This document shows, one piece after another, positions 34,860 to 43,770 of a DNA stretch of 64,000 nucleotides (its first letter is position 1; each line of letters begins with the position of its first letter). Origin of the DNA: a virus (lineage: Duplodnaviria; Caudoviricetes); the IMG/VR virus record IMGVR_UViG_2865671049_000004, positions 1 to 64,000 of that record. One strand, written 5' to 3'. The notes below the pieces were generated by a model, which was not told the DNA's origin, ran no database searches, and saw only the letters and a list, made by a program, of their open reading frames with translations. The translations under genes and the position numbers were made by a program.

Positions 34860-36251
34860 TCACTCGCGTGTCATGTCTACGAAGCGGGAGTAGTGACCTT
34901 GGAACGCCACGGTGATCGTGGCGGTAGCGCCGTTCCTGTGCTTGCCGACGATGACGTCCGCCTCGCCGGCCCGGGGAGATGTCTTCTCGTAAGCGTCCTC
35001 CCGGTGAAGGAGGATCACCAGATCCGCGTCCTGCTCAAGTGATCCCGACTCACGCAGGTCCGAAACCATCGGGATCTTCTCCGCGCGCAACTCAGGGCCG
35101 CGGTTCAACTGCGCCAACGCGATGATCGGCACATCGAGTTCCTTCGCGAGGAGCTTCAGGCTCCGCGAGATGTACGACACCTCGACCTGCCGCGACTCGA
35201 AACGCCGGTTGCTGCCGGAGCCGAGGAGCTGCAGGTAGTCGATGACGATCAGCTTCAGGCCCTGCTTCTCCTTCAGGCGACGGGCCTTGGCCCGGATCTG
35301 CGACAGGTCGAGGTTCGGGGAGTCGTCGATGTACAGCGGCGCACCGGTGACGTCGGGCATGCGGCGGGCGATGCGCGTCCAGTCGTCGTCCTCCAGGACC
35401 CCGGCGCGCATGTTGTGCAGGCCGACGCGGGCTTCGGCGGACAGCATCCGCATGTTGATCTCGTTGCGGGACATCTCCAGGGAGAAGATCACCGACGGGA
35501 GGTTGTGCTTGATGGAGCAGGCCCGCAGGAAGTCGTTAGCGATCGTCGACTTCCCCATCGCCGGCCGGGCGGCGACGATGATGAACTGGCCGCCCTGCCA
35601 GCCCTGCGTGAGGGCGTCGAGGTCGTTGAAGCCGGTGGGCACGCCCGTGAGCTTGCCCTTGTTCTCGGCGATGGCCTCCAGGAAGTCGAGAGTGCCTTCC
35701 ATGGACTCGGCGATCAGGTGGAGACCTTCCTCGGCCTGTTCGGCTTCGACGGCGGTGATCTGCGCCTGGATGTCGGCGATGATCTCCTTGGGGTCTCCTG
35801 CGCCGGACAGGAGGTTCTGGGTGGCGCGCATGGTGGCCTGCGCGAAGTCCCGGGCGACGAAGCGTTCGCGGACGATCTCGGCGTAGTACTCGCCGTTCGC
35901 CGCGGTCGGCACCGCGGCGACGAGCCTGTGCAGGTACGGGGCGCCGCCGGCGCGGACCAGTTCCCCGGACTTGAGGAGCGCCGCCGACACGGTGATTGGG
36001 TCGGCGACTTCGCCGGCACCGTGGAGCTCCATGATCGTGTTGTGGATGAGCTCGTGCGCGGGCCGGTAGTAGTGCTTGCCCTTGACGATCTGTCCGATGT
36101 CGTCGATGACCTTGCGGTTGAGGAGCATCGCACCGAGGACGGCCTCCTCGGCGTCCTGGTCGTGCGGGGCGGTGTAGTTGAGGCCGTCGGGTCGGCCGCC
36201 GCTAGCGGTGTCGTCGCGGTCGTCGTCGAACGGGTTGGTGTCGGTGGTCAT
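34860..36251 (-). CDS. dnaB: replicative DNA helicase
   Basis: AEEAVLG, ARPAMGKS, IDYLQL, QLNRGPE, DLRESGSLEQDAD, KHRNG. Confidence 0.97.
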   Translation of the reverse strand: MTTDTNPFDDDRDDTASGGRPDGLNYTAPHDQDAEEAVLGAMLLNRKVIDDIGQIVKGKHYYRPAHELIHNTIMELHGAGEVADPITVSAALLKSGELVRAGGAPYLHRLVAAVPTAANGEYYAEIVRERFVARDFAQATMRATQNLLSGAGDPKEIIADIQAQITAVEAEQAEEGLHLIAESMEGTLDFLEAIAENKGKLTGVPTGFNDLDALTQGWQGGQFIIVAARPAMGKSTIANDFLRACSIKHNLPSVIFSLEMSRNEINMRMLSAEARVGLHNMRAGVLEDDDWTRIARRMPDVTGAPLYIDDSPNLDLSQIRAKARRLKEKQGLKLIVIDYLQLLGSGSNRRFESRQVEVSYISRSLKLLAKELDVPIIALAQLNRGPELRAEKIPMVSDLRESGSLEQDADLVILLHREDAYEKTSPRAGEADVIVGKHRNGATATITVAFQGHYSRFVDMTRE

Positions 36252-37192
36252 GCTGCTTCTCCAGCTTCGGTGCGGATGCGGCGGGCGACGGCGGCGGGGT
36301 GGCAGTCGTCGCAGGGGACGAGCTCGTTGTCCCGGGCGGGGTCCTTGCGCATGCGGTGGTTGGGGTCTTGGCAGTGGCCGCACCAGTCGGAGCGACTGTC
36401 GACGGCCTTGCGGACAGTGGGGACGGTGGAGCGGTCGCAGTGCTTCGCGAGGTCGGTCCAACCGTTCGCGACCAGTTCGCGAGCCCGGTCGCAGAGCCAC
36501 GCCAGGGGGACGCCCGCGGCCAGACGCTCGGCCGCGTCGTCGAGGAGCTTGCTGCGGGAGTCCCCGAACAGCGGCCTACCGAGAGCTTCCTCGTAGGCGG
36601 CAAGGACCCTGGCGGCCTGGCCCGTGAAGAGATCGTTCTCTCTCTCCTCCGGGTCCACAGGAGGCTCCACGGCGGCCTGCCGGGGCAGTTGAGGAGGAGA
36701 GAGAGTCTTCTTCCGACTGGTGTGCTTGGAGTTGTTCTTCTTATGCGGCAGATCAGCCACCGTAGGTTGAGCCACCGCTGGTTCAGCCACCGTAGGCTGA
36801 CCCAACGTAGGCTCAGCCTGCGTAGGCTCAGCCACCGCAGGTTCTGACCTGCGGTTTTCCAGCTCCAGAGCGCCGATTGCGGACTCGGGCTGGTCGGTGA
36901 TGAAGTACACAGCGCCACCGAGGGTGCCGTTCGTGTTCCGCAGCCGGGTGCGCTGGAGGTACCCCAGCGTTTCGAGGTTGCGCAGCGACGTTTTGATGGC
37001 CGTGATGCCGTCGGTGGGGGAGCAGGCGGCGATGGATTCGGCGCTGACGCCGTAGCCGTCGCGGTGGGTGCTGATCAGCCCGAAGACGCCCTTGTCGCGG
37101 AAGGAGAGCCGCGTGTCCCGGAAGAGGGCGTTGCGGATCTGGGTGAACGCATCGGCGGCCATCGGGCCGCGGCGGATCCGTCCGTAGTTCAC
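36248..37192 (-). CDS. wHTH replication initiator (module 2)
   Basis: FTQIRNAL.RD.RLS..KG..L..LE..GYL.R; directly upstream of dnaB. Confidence 0.8.
   Translation of the reverse strand: MNYGRIRRGPMAADAFTQIRNALFRDTRLSFRDKGVFGLISTHRDGYGVSAESIAACSPTDGITAIKTSLRNLETLGYLQRTRLRNTNGTLGGAVYFITDQPESAIGALELENRRSEPAVAEPTQAEPTLGQPTVAEPAVAQPTVADLPHKKNNSKHTSRKKTLSPPQLPRQAAVEPPVDPEERENDLFTGQAARVLAAYEEALGRPLFGDSRSKLLDDAAERLAAGVPLAWLCDRARELVANGWTDLAKHCDRSTVPTVRKAVDSRSDWCGHCQDPNHRMRKDPARDNELVPCDDCHPAAVARRIRTEAGEAA
36753..36842. repeat. six tandem 15-bp repeats in rep linker (iteron-like)
   Basis: Consensus TCAGCCACCGTAGGY; encodes (E/Q)P(T/A)VA. Confidence 0.8.
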
Positions 37193-37710
37193 GTCTGGTC
37201 CCCCTTTCGTGAGTTGCAGGGCCGGCAGAGCACTCGGAGGTTGTCGACCGTGTCGGAGCCGCCGAGGGACCAGGGGTAGATGTGGTCGAGCGTCAGGTCG
37301 TCGACCGCTCCGCAGGAGACGCACCGATGCCCGTCGCGATCTCGGACAGCCGCGCGAGTTGCTGCAGGGATGGTCTTTCGGTTGACCTGACCGCCTCTGA
37401 GCGCGACCTTGGCGCCTTGGCGAGCCGCGCGCTCCTGCATCGCTGCCTGGGCCTCGGCGAGTTCTCGGCGCCGGCGGGCAGTGAGCAAGACGAGCATGCC
37501 GTCGTCTACGTAGGCGAGACCCTGGTCGATGAGGTAGGCGAATGCAGCGCGGACTTCAGCGACGGAGAGCTCGGTCTTGTCGGCCCATCGTTCGTGGTCG
37601 AGCGGGGTGAAGTAGGCGCCCGACTCGCCAGCGATCAACTGCGCGATCATGGTGGCTGTGCTCCAGCCGGTTTTCATGCCTGGGTGCCAGGCGGCAGCAA
37701 GGTCGTTCAT
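37189..37710 (-). CDS. HNH endonuclease
   Basis: RDGHRCVSCG..LDHIYP.S.GG..NL.VLC..CN..KG. Confidence 0.9.
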   Translation of the reverse strand: MNDLAAAWHPGMKTGWSTATMIAQLIAGESGAYFTPLDHERWADKTELSVAEVRAAFAYLIDQGLAYVDDGMLVLLTARRRRELAEAQAAMQERAARQGAKVALRGGQVNRKTIPAATRAAVRDRDGHRCVSCGAVDDLTLDHIYPWSLGGSDTVDNLRVLCRPCNSRKGDQT

Positions 37711-37814
37711 TGGATCGCCGCCAGCTGCAGGGGCGGAGTGTGCGTGCGCACGTCGTCTCCAGGGGAGCGAAGTTCGAGGGGGTGGGGGCCGCCCCTGCGT
37801 GGGGCGGCCCGGGG

Positions 37815-38012
37815 TCAGCGGCCGAGGATCCGGTCGATGGTGCGCTGCGCCGTGGTGGCGGGCAGGTCACCGGTGACGGTGTGCTCGCGGGTGGCCGGCA
37901 GGTAGTGCGTCTCGACGTTGGTGAAGCCGAGCTGCCTGGCGTCGCGCGCGGTGGCGACGGCCTGGGCGGCGGCACCGGGCTTGCTGGCGTGGATGACCGA
38001 CAGGAGCTTCAC
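37815..38012 (-). CDS. hypothetical protein
   Basis: GTGA overlap. Confidence 0.55.
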   Translation of the reverse strand: MKLLSVIHASKPGAAAQAVATARDARQLGFTNVETHYLPATREHTVTGDLPATTAQRTIDRILGR

Positions 38013-38227
38013 GCGGTCACCACCGCGGCCGGGGTGACGTCGACGAGGGAGCCGAACAGGCTGGTGAGGATCTCCCAGGCGTCGGCGCGGGCCAGCTGCG
38101 CCGGCGAGTACGCGGCGACGATGCCCTCGCGGATCCGCTGGTACCGGATCGGGTGCGGTGCGTCGTCGGGGAGGGCCGGCGCGAGGGCGGCGGGGAGACT
38201 GTGGAACTTCTCAAGAACAGCTGCCAT
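38009..38227 (-). CDS. hypothetical protein
   Basis: AAGGAG RBS. Confidence 0.6.
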   Translation of the reverse strand: MAAVLEKFHSLPAALAPALPDDAPHPIRYQRIREGIVAAYSPAQLARADAWEILTSLFGSLVDVTPAAVVTA

Positions 38228-38341
38228 GATGGTGTTGCTCCTTTCGCGAGCGCCTCGGTTCCTAGGCCAGGTGGCGTTCGCATCGGATTCGACGGCCCCG
38301 TCTATCGGGGCCGTTCGCGTTTGTGCTGCCGGCTTGGGGCG

Positions 38342-38575
38342 TTACGCCGCGAGCGCCGGGGTCAAGCTGGGCTCGTAGACCAGCGACTCGACGGAGACTC
38401 GGTAGCAGGCCGCGAGCCTCATGAGCGTGCCGATGCTGGGCTCTCCCTGTCCGTTGACGAGGCGGGAGAGTGTTGCGCGGGCGACGCCGGAGCGCTTCGA
38501 GATGCGGTAGTCGGTCTTGTCTCCGAGCTTCTCGGCGACGTTGCGCAGGGCGGTTGCGTTGAGCTGGTGTGCCAT
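38342..38575 (-). CDS. Cro-like XRE HTH protein
   Basis: ISKRSGVARATLSRLVNG..PS; divergent from repressor. Confidence 0.8.
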   Translation of the reverse strand: MAHQLNATALRNVAEKLGDKTDYRISKRSGVARATLSRLVNGQGEPSIGTLMRLAACYRVSVESLVYEPSLTPALAA

Positions 38576-38642
38576 ATGCACCCCCTCAATTGCATGGGCG
38601 GGATTGATTCCCCTAGCGGGACATCCTCAGCCTAGGCGAACC

Positions 38643-38669
38643 GTTCCATGCGCGCAACTAGTTCCATGC
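38643..38669. promoter_or_regulatory. GTTCCATGC direct repeat pair in the cro/cI intergenic region
   Basis: 38643-38651 and 38661-38669. Confidence 0.5.
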
Positions 38670-38797
38670 ATGTCGCACCCTGAAAGAGGCCGCCCCTCCC
38701 ATCGGAGTGCCCCCTACCTGCCCGATTGCGCATGTGCAACCATTTGCGTCGAGGGCACCACTCGGGTACCCGAGTGATCTAGGGAGGACTGCCGACA

Positions 38798-39247
38798 ATG
38801 ACGCCAGCCGAAAGGTTCGCGGCCTGGCTCAAGCCGGCCATGCGGAACGCCGGTCTCGACGTTGACCGCCAGCAGGGCGGCGGCCGGGCCGCGCTCGCCA
38901 AGGCATGCGACGTATCTCGCAGCACGGTGGGCCGCTGGCTGGACGGTCAGAGCCTGCCGGCAGCCAGCCACTTCAAGCCCATCGCCGACACCCTCAACCT
39001 GCCGGTCGCCGACGTACTCGTAGCCGGCGGGATCATCTCTCAGGACGACCTCGACGCCCCGCCCGTGACGCTCAACACGGAAGAGAGCATCGCGGCGCTG
39101 GCAGTGCGCTGGGGCATCCCCGAGGAGAACATGCCCATGTTCCGCGCTTCGGTGGAGGCGCTTGCCACCGGCTTCGCCGCGGGCCGCAAGCCGGAGGAGA
39201 CACCCAAGCGGCGCCGCACCGTTCGACGCCCGACGGCATCCGAGTAG
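38798..39247 (+). CDS. CI-like XRE immunity repressor
   Basis: ALAKACDVSRSTVGRWLDGQSLP. Confidence 0.8.
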   Translation: MTPAERFAAWLKPAMRNAGLDVDRQQGGGRAALAKACDVSRSTVGRWLDGQSLPAASHFKPIADTLNLPVADVLVAGGIISQDDLDAPPVTLNTEESIAALAVRWGIPEENMPMFRASVEALATGFAAGRKPEETPKRRRTVRRPTASE

Positions 39248-39304
39248 CCCAAACACAACTGCGCCCCACCATCCCGCGATGGTGGGGCGCAGCCGTGTCT
39301 ACCC

Positions 39305-39574
39305 CTACTCGTTCGTACCGTCGTCCGACGACTTGAGCCGCCTCTCGATCTTCTTGCCCGGCTGCTTGGGATTGGCCTCGAAGTAGGCCTCCACCGCCTC
39401 GGCGTTGAAGCGGAGCCGCGTGCTGCCCTCGGCGGCGACGGGGGAAGGGAAGACACCCCGCCGGCGGAGGTTATGGACGGTCTGCCTGCTCACTCCGTGG
39501 CGCTCTGCGATTTCGCCGATGGTCAACAGTTCTGGTGCCTCCTCTCGCTGCGGGTCCTGCGGCATGTCAGTCAT
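39305..39574 (-). CDS. AlpA/excisionase-like HTH regulator
   Basis: LLTIGEIAERHGVSRQTV..FP.P...RF. Confidence 0.8.
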   Translation of the reverse strand: MTDMPQDPQREEAPELLTIGEIAERHGVSRQTVHNLRRRGVFPSPVAAEGSTRLRFNAEAVEAYFEANPKQPGKKIERRLKSSDDGTNE

Positions 39575-39589
39575 TGTGCCCGATTCCTC

Positions 39590-39619
39590 TTGACTATGTA
39601 AAGAGGTTCCGCCTAAGGT
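39590..39619 (+). promoter_or_regulatory. sigma70/HrdB-like promoter
   Basis: TTGACT-18 nt-TAAGGT. Confidence 0.55.
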
Positions 39620-39636
39620 GGAACCCAGAACGACAA

Positions 39637-39743
39637 AGCCCCGGCGGTGGTGAGACACCAGTCCGGGGCTGCAAGACGGGCCTGGCCGGTGGTGAGACAC
39701 CGGCCAGGCCCAACCCCGGAGCGGTGTGAGATACCGCGCCGGG
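39637..39743 (+). promoter_or_regulatory. three tandem hairpins with a shared GTGAGA loop in the leader
   Basis: GGTG-GTGAGA-CACC twice, GCGGT-GTGAGAT-ACCGC once. Confidence 0.65.
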
Positions 39744-39779
39744 AGCCCAGCCCACCTGCGTGAACAGGAAGGCAAGACC

Positions 39780-39983
39780 TTGACGAATGGTAAGGGGTTC
39801 ACCCCCTCCAGCGACAGCACCCCGGATCTCGTCGAGCCGCAGCGCTCCGAGCCGACCCTCCCCTACGGCGCCCCCTTCATCGGCGTCGACACCCTCCCCA
39901 CCCGCGGTGCTTCCAGCTACCCGGGCTCGTCGACCTACCGTCGACCCGCCGCCACCACCCTGCGGCCCGGGAGCAGCCAGTGA
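39780..39983 (+). CDS. small hypothetical protein
   Basis: TTG after AGGAAGG. Confidence 0.4.
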   Translation: MTNGKGFTPSSDSTPDLVEPQRSEPTLPYGAPFIGVDTLPTRGASSYPGSSTYRRPAATTLRPGSSQ

Positions 39984-40071
39984 GCGACGACGACTGGAAG
40001 CCCGGCCCCGTGATCCCCAAGTTCCCCAGGCAGCGGAAGCCCCCGCCGCCCGCACCGAAGGAGAAGCCCTG

Positions 40072-40260
40072 ATGGCCACCACCTTCCAGGAGCAGCAGGA
40101 CAACGCCGCCTCCGTCGCCCGCGCCCTCGGCGACATCACCACCGACACCACCCCCGCCGACGCCCAGGCCGTCATCGACCAGCTCGCCGACGAGCAGGTC
40201 TACAACAACTCCGTCCGCATCCTCCGCATCCTCGGCTGGGACGAACCGGCCGCCGCCTGA
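40072..40260 (+). CDS. small hypothetical protein
   Basis: AAGGAG RBS. Confidence 0.6.
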   Translation: MATTFQEQQDNAASVARALGDITTDTTPADAQAVIDQLADEQVYNNSVRILRILGWDEPAAA

Positions 40261-40381
40261 CCACCAACCCGCCCGAAGGAGACCCAAGACGGCCAGCCCG
40301 TCCAACGGGCCACCGCCGAACAGAACGCCAACGCGCACGCCGGCACCTGCCGCCGCATCCCCGCCTGAACAGGAGATCCCA

Positions 40382-40567
40382 ATGGCCACCTACGAACAGC
40401 AGACCATCGACAGCTACACCCGCGCCCGCCGCGAAGCCGATCTCGACGCCATGGGTGCCCTGATCGATGCCGCAAACAAGTACGACTCGCTCAACCCCGG
40501 CAAGAACCTCTACCAGCGCCTCATCGACGTTGCCATCCGCATGCCGCTCAACACCGCCACCGGCTGA
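40382..40567 (+). CDS. small hypothetical protein
   Basis: AGGAG RBS. Confidence 0.6.
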   Translation: MATYEQQTIDSYTRARREADLDAMGALIDAANKYDSLNPGKNLYQRLIDVAIRMPLNTATG

Positions 40568-40650
40568 CCGCCGGCCGGCGCCGCACAGCTCCAGCTGCGC
40601 GGCGGCCGCAGGCACTCAGTCGACATCCCAACTCCGAAGGAACCCACAAC

Positions 40651-40833
40651 ATGCCCACCAACCAGATCGCCGAGGCCGCTATCACCGGCCGCTCCGGCGG
40701 ATGCGACCTCCCCGTCCGGGTCCTCAACGACAACGGCACCACCGCCCAGATCCTCATCGAGGGCACCGGCATCTACCTCACCCAGGGCCAGGTCCACACC
40801 GTCTCCACCACCGACGTCCGCCCCAACCGCTAA
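40651..40833 (+). CDS. small hypothetical protein
   Basis: GAAGGA RBS. Confidence 0.6.
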   Translation: MPTNQIAEAAITGRSGGCDLPVRVLNDNGTTAQILIEGTGIYLTQGQVHTVSTTDVRPNR

Positions 40834-40906
40834 CCACCCCCGGCGCGCTCCACCGGATCAACCTGCACCGGACGCGCCCGCCGCACCCCCAAGGAGGGAG
40901 AACCCC

Positions 40907-41605
40907 ATGGAACACAACGTCATCACCCTCGACGGACAGCCCTACCCGACGCGGAACAACCCGCCTCGGCCCATCCTCGGCTGCGGCAGCCGCGACCTCT
41001 ACAACCTCCCCGACGACCAGTACCGCAGGGTCGTCGCCATCCACGAAGCCGGCCACGCCATCGCCCACCTTGCCGGCGGCAACGCTCACCTCATCCACGC
41101 CAGCATCTCCGACGACCTCGACGCGGAGATCACCGGCACCGTCAAGGCCTGGTCCTACGACCTCCACGCACCCGCCGCAGTCATCACAGACTGCGCCGGC
41201 GAGCGAGCCGTCGACAAGTGGCTCCACCTCTCCGGCCTGTGGACGGACGAACGCGCCATCGCCGCCGAGATCGGCGCCCGATCCGACCGCGCCCTCGCAC
41301 TCAACGTGCCCGGCATGACCCAGGCCCTCCTGCGCGGCATGCACACCCCCACCGACGACCTCCTCGCCGCCCACTGGCCCAGCGTCGAGGCCGTAGCCGA
41401 AGCCCTCATCAGCGCCCGGCACCTGACCGGCGACCAGGTCGCTCGCATCACCGGCCTGTCCAACCGGGCCCGACCCGCCATCACCCACCTCACCTCCTCG
41501 AAGGAGACCGTCATGGCCGACCAGCAGACCACCACCCAGCCCGAGCCCGCCCCGGCCCCGCAGGAGCAGCCCACCCAGAGCCGCGTCCCCCTCGACATCG
41601 TCTGA
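40907..41605 (+). CDS. M41/FtsH-like HEXXH metallopeptidase-domain protein
   Basis: VAIHEAGHAI, AGERA, SD, V..VAEAL....L.G. Confidence 0.75.
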   Translation: MEHNVITLDGQPYPTRNNPPRPILGCGSRDLYNLPDDQYRRVVAIHEAGHAIAHLAGGNAHLIHASISDDLDAEITGTVKAWSYDLHAPAAVITDCAGERAVDKWLHLSGLWTDERAIAAEIGARSDRALALNVPGMTQALLRGMHTPTDDLLAAHWPSVEAVAEALISARHLTGDQVARITGLSNRARPAITHLTSSKETVMADQQTTTQPEPAPAPQEQPTQSRVPLDIV

Positions 41606-41694
41606 CCCCCCCGCTGGCCGGTGCGCGACCAACCCGCACCGGCCAGGCCATGACATGCATATGCCATTACAGCCACTCGCCGAAGGGACGTGCC

Positions 41695-43068
41695 GTGACC
41701 GAGCCCGACCTCTCCACCGACCGCTGGCTCCCCATCACCAGCGTCCTGCCCCCTGCCACGCCCCAGCCCAAGCCGGCTGCCGACAAGCGCATCCAGCGCA
41801 TGACCGCCCGCGCCGCCGAGAAGCGCGCCAACCGCCACGACGCCCTCCAGCTCCGCGCCGAGGAGCGCCGCACCCTCCGCGAGGAGCGCAGCGCGGCCCG
41901 CACCGAGGCCCGCGAACTGCGCGCCGAGAAGCGCGCAGACCGCACCGAAAGCGCCCACCGCGCCAAGGACCGCGCCACCGCCCTCGGCCGCGGCGTCCTC
42001 GTCACCGGCCCAATCCTCGCCCCCATGGCCGTCGCCTGGACCGGCCAGTCCCAGTTCGCCATCCAGATCCTCGGCTGGGCCTTCGCCGCCAGCGTCCTCT
42101 ACGCCGCCGCGTACGAGCTGACCACCGTCTACTGGGCCTGGCTCTACCATCAGGCCCGCACCGACGGCGACAGCGGCTGGGAGTACCGACTCGGCACGTG
42201 GGTCTTCGCGGCCGGCGCAGCGGTCCAGCAGTGGTGGCACTACTCGGACCACTGGGCAGCCACCCCCCGGGCCGTCACCTACTCGGTCATGTCCGCCGTC
42301 GGCGTCCTGCTCTGGGAAGGCCGGGCCCGCTTGATCCACCGGCGCAAGATGCGGGCCGAGAACAAGCTGGCGCCGGCCCGGCCCAGGATCGGCGTGGCCC
42401 GCTGGGTCCGCTACCCGGTCCGGTCCTGGACCGCCTGGTCGCTCATCACCCTCGAAGGCCACCAGACGCTGGACGCCGCGTGGACCGCCGCGGACACCGC
42501 CGTGCGGTCCAGGAAGACGGACCGCACAGACCGGACCGGACGCCGGTCCACCTGGTGGGCCGTGCAGCGGACCGACGAACCGGACCGTAAGTCGCCGGCC
42601 GCCGTGGACCGGCCCGGCCGGACCACCCTTCCGGTCGCTGGACCGGACCGGGCCGCAGCTGTCCGGACCGAGCACGTGGATCTCACCGAGTCGGTCCGGA
42701 CCACACGTCGTGGACCGGACCGGGCCAGCGGGACCGGACCGCGAGGATCCACCGGTCCGGACCACACGGACCGGACCGGAATGTCCGGCACGGACCGTCA
42801 GCGGACCGCCGGGTCCAGCAAGACGGACCGGACCGCCCCCGCAGGCGACGTACCCAGCACGGACCTGCCGCCCGCGGACCGGACCGAAGCGGACCTGGTC
42901 CTCAACGAGACCGAGCAGGCGGCCATCGACCTCCTGCAAGCCGAAGCCCGGTCCATCAGCAAGCGGTCCATCGCCGACACGGTCCGGGCCAAACTCGGCC
43001 GGTCCATCGCCTCGGACCGGGCCGCCGAAATCGCCCGCCACTACCGGACCCTTCGGTCCGCCGCCTGA
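41695..43068 (+). CDS. Spd-like (DUF2637-type) membrane protein with repeat linker and C-terminal wHTH
   Basis: Coiled coil, 4 TM, R/T/D/G/P repeat region, SKRSIA..LG..I..DRA.EI tail. Confidence 0.7.
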   Translation: MTEPDLSTDRWLPITSVLPPATPQPKPAADKRIQRMTARAAEKRANRHDALQLRAEERRTLREERSAARTEARELRAEKRADRTESAHRAKDRATALGRGVLVTGPILAPMAVAWTGQSQFAIQILGWAFAASVLYAAAYELTTVYWAWLYHQARTDGDSGWEYRLGTWVFAAGAAVQQWWHYSDHWAATPRAVTYSVMSAVGVLLWEGRARLIHRRKMRAENKLAPARPRIGVARWVRYPVRSWTAWSLITLEGHQTLDAAWTAADTAVRSRKTDRTDRTGRRSTWWAVQRTDEPDRKSPAAVDRPGRTTLPVAGPDRAAAVRTEHVDLTESVRTTRRGPDRASGTGPRGSTGPDHTDRTGMSGTDRQRTAGSSKTDRTAPAGDVPSTDLPPADRTEADLVLNETEQAAIDLLQAEARSISKRSIADTVRAKLGRSIASDRAAEIARHYRTLRSAA

Positions 43069-43200
43069 CGGTCCACCCCCAGACCGGACCGGACCGCCAT
43101 CACCGAGGAGAGACCATGACCACCCCGCCGCCGTTCCACCTCCCCCGCCCGGCCCGGTCCGCCGACAGCAATGCCGGACCGCGCCGGACCCGGACCGCCC
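42405..43200. repeat. dense cloud of GGWCC pentamers (about 50 by hand count)
   Basis: GGACC/GGTCC in both orientations, crossing the stop codon into the next gene. Confidence 0.85.
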
Positions 43201-43712
43201 CCACCAGCGGGCCCGGCCCGCAGTCCGTCACCAACAACCGCACCCGGCAGGGAGGCGGCTTCAACCCCACCCTCGGCTTGAACCTCAACTTCGCCAAGGG
43301 CGCTCCGCAGGCCGGGACCCCCAGCCCGGCCCCCGCGGCTGGCCCGGGCGCCCCCGCCGCCGGCCGCGGCACCCCCGGAGCGTCCTTCATGTCCAACGAG
43401 GACATCCGCGCGTTCTCCGAGCACCTCCGCAAGGGCGCCCGCAACCGGGCCGTGGAACGAGCCATGGACGCCGAACAGCTCGAAGCGGTCCTGCGTCACA
43501 TCCCCACCCAGGACGGATCCATGGGCGGTGCCCGACTCCGGGCCCGCCGTGTCTCCCGCCACCTCAAGAAGATCGCGAAGGCGGAGCAGGCCATTGCAAA
43601 GGCCGCCGCCGCGCTCTACGCCCAGTTCGAGCAGGAATACGAGGCGAACCTGCGCAAGGTCGGCAAAGCCCGCGGCCCGCAGCCCACCCGCTTCACCTTC
43701 GGCGCCTCCTGA
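43116..43712 (+). CDS. TraA-like plasmid transfer accessory protein
   Basis: Directly upstream of traB; FMSNEDIRAFSE..R.RARRV.R.L. Confidence 0.6.
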   Translation: MTTPPPFHLPRPARSADSNAGPRRTRTAPTSGPGPQSVTNNRTRQGGGFNPTLGLNLNFAKGAPQAGTPSPAPAAGPGAPAAGRGTPGASFMSNEDIRAFSEHLRKGARNRAVERAMDAEQLEAVLRHIPTQDGSMGGARLRARRVSRHLKKIAKAEQAIAKAAAALYAQFEQEYEANLRKVGKARGPQPTRFTFGAS

Positions 43713-43770
43713 CACCCCTGACACCGCACCCGACCTGCACTGACACCCTCTGACACCCCGGAGTGACATC
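43709..43770 (+). repeat. CTGACACC x4 (+1 degenerate) upstream of traB
   Basis: 43709, 43718, 43740, 43750; gtgacatc at 43763. Confidence 0.8.

Noticed and set aside
39305-39574. Excisionase marking an att site
   Set aside because: No integrase or att-like core recognised nearby; treated as an AlpA-like regulator.
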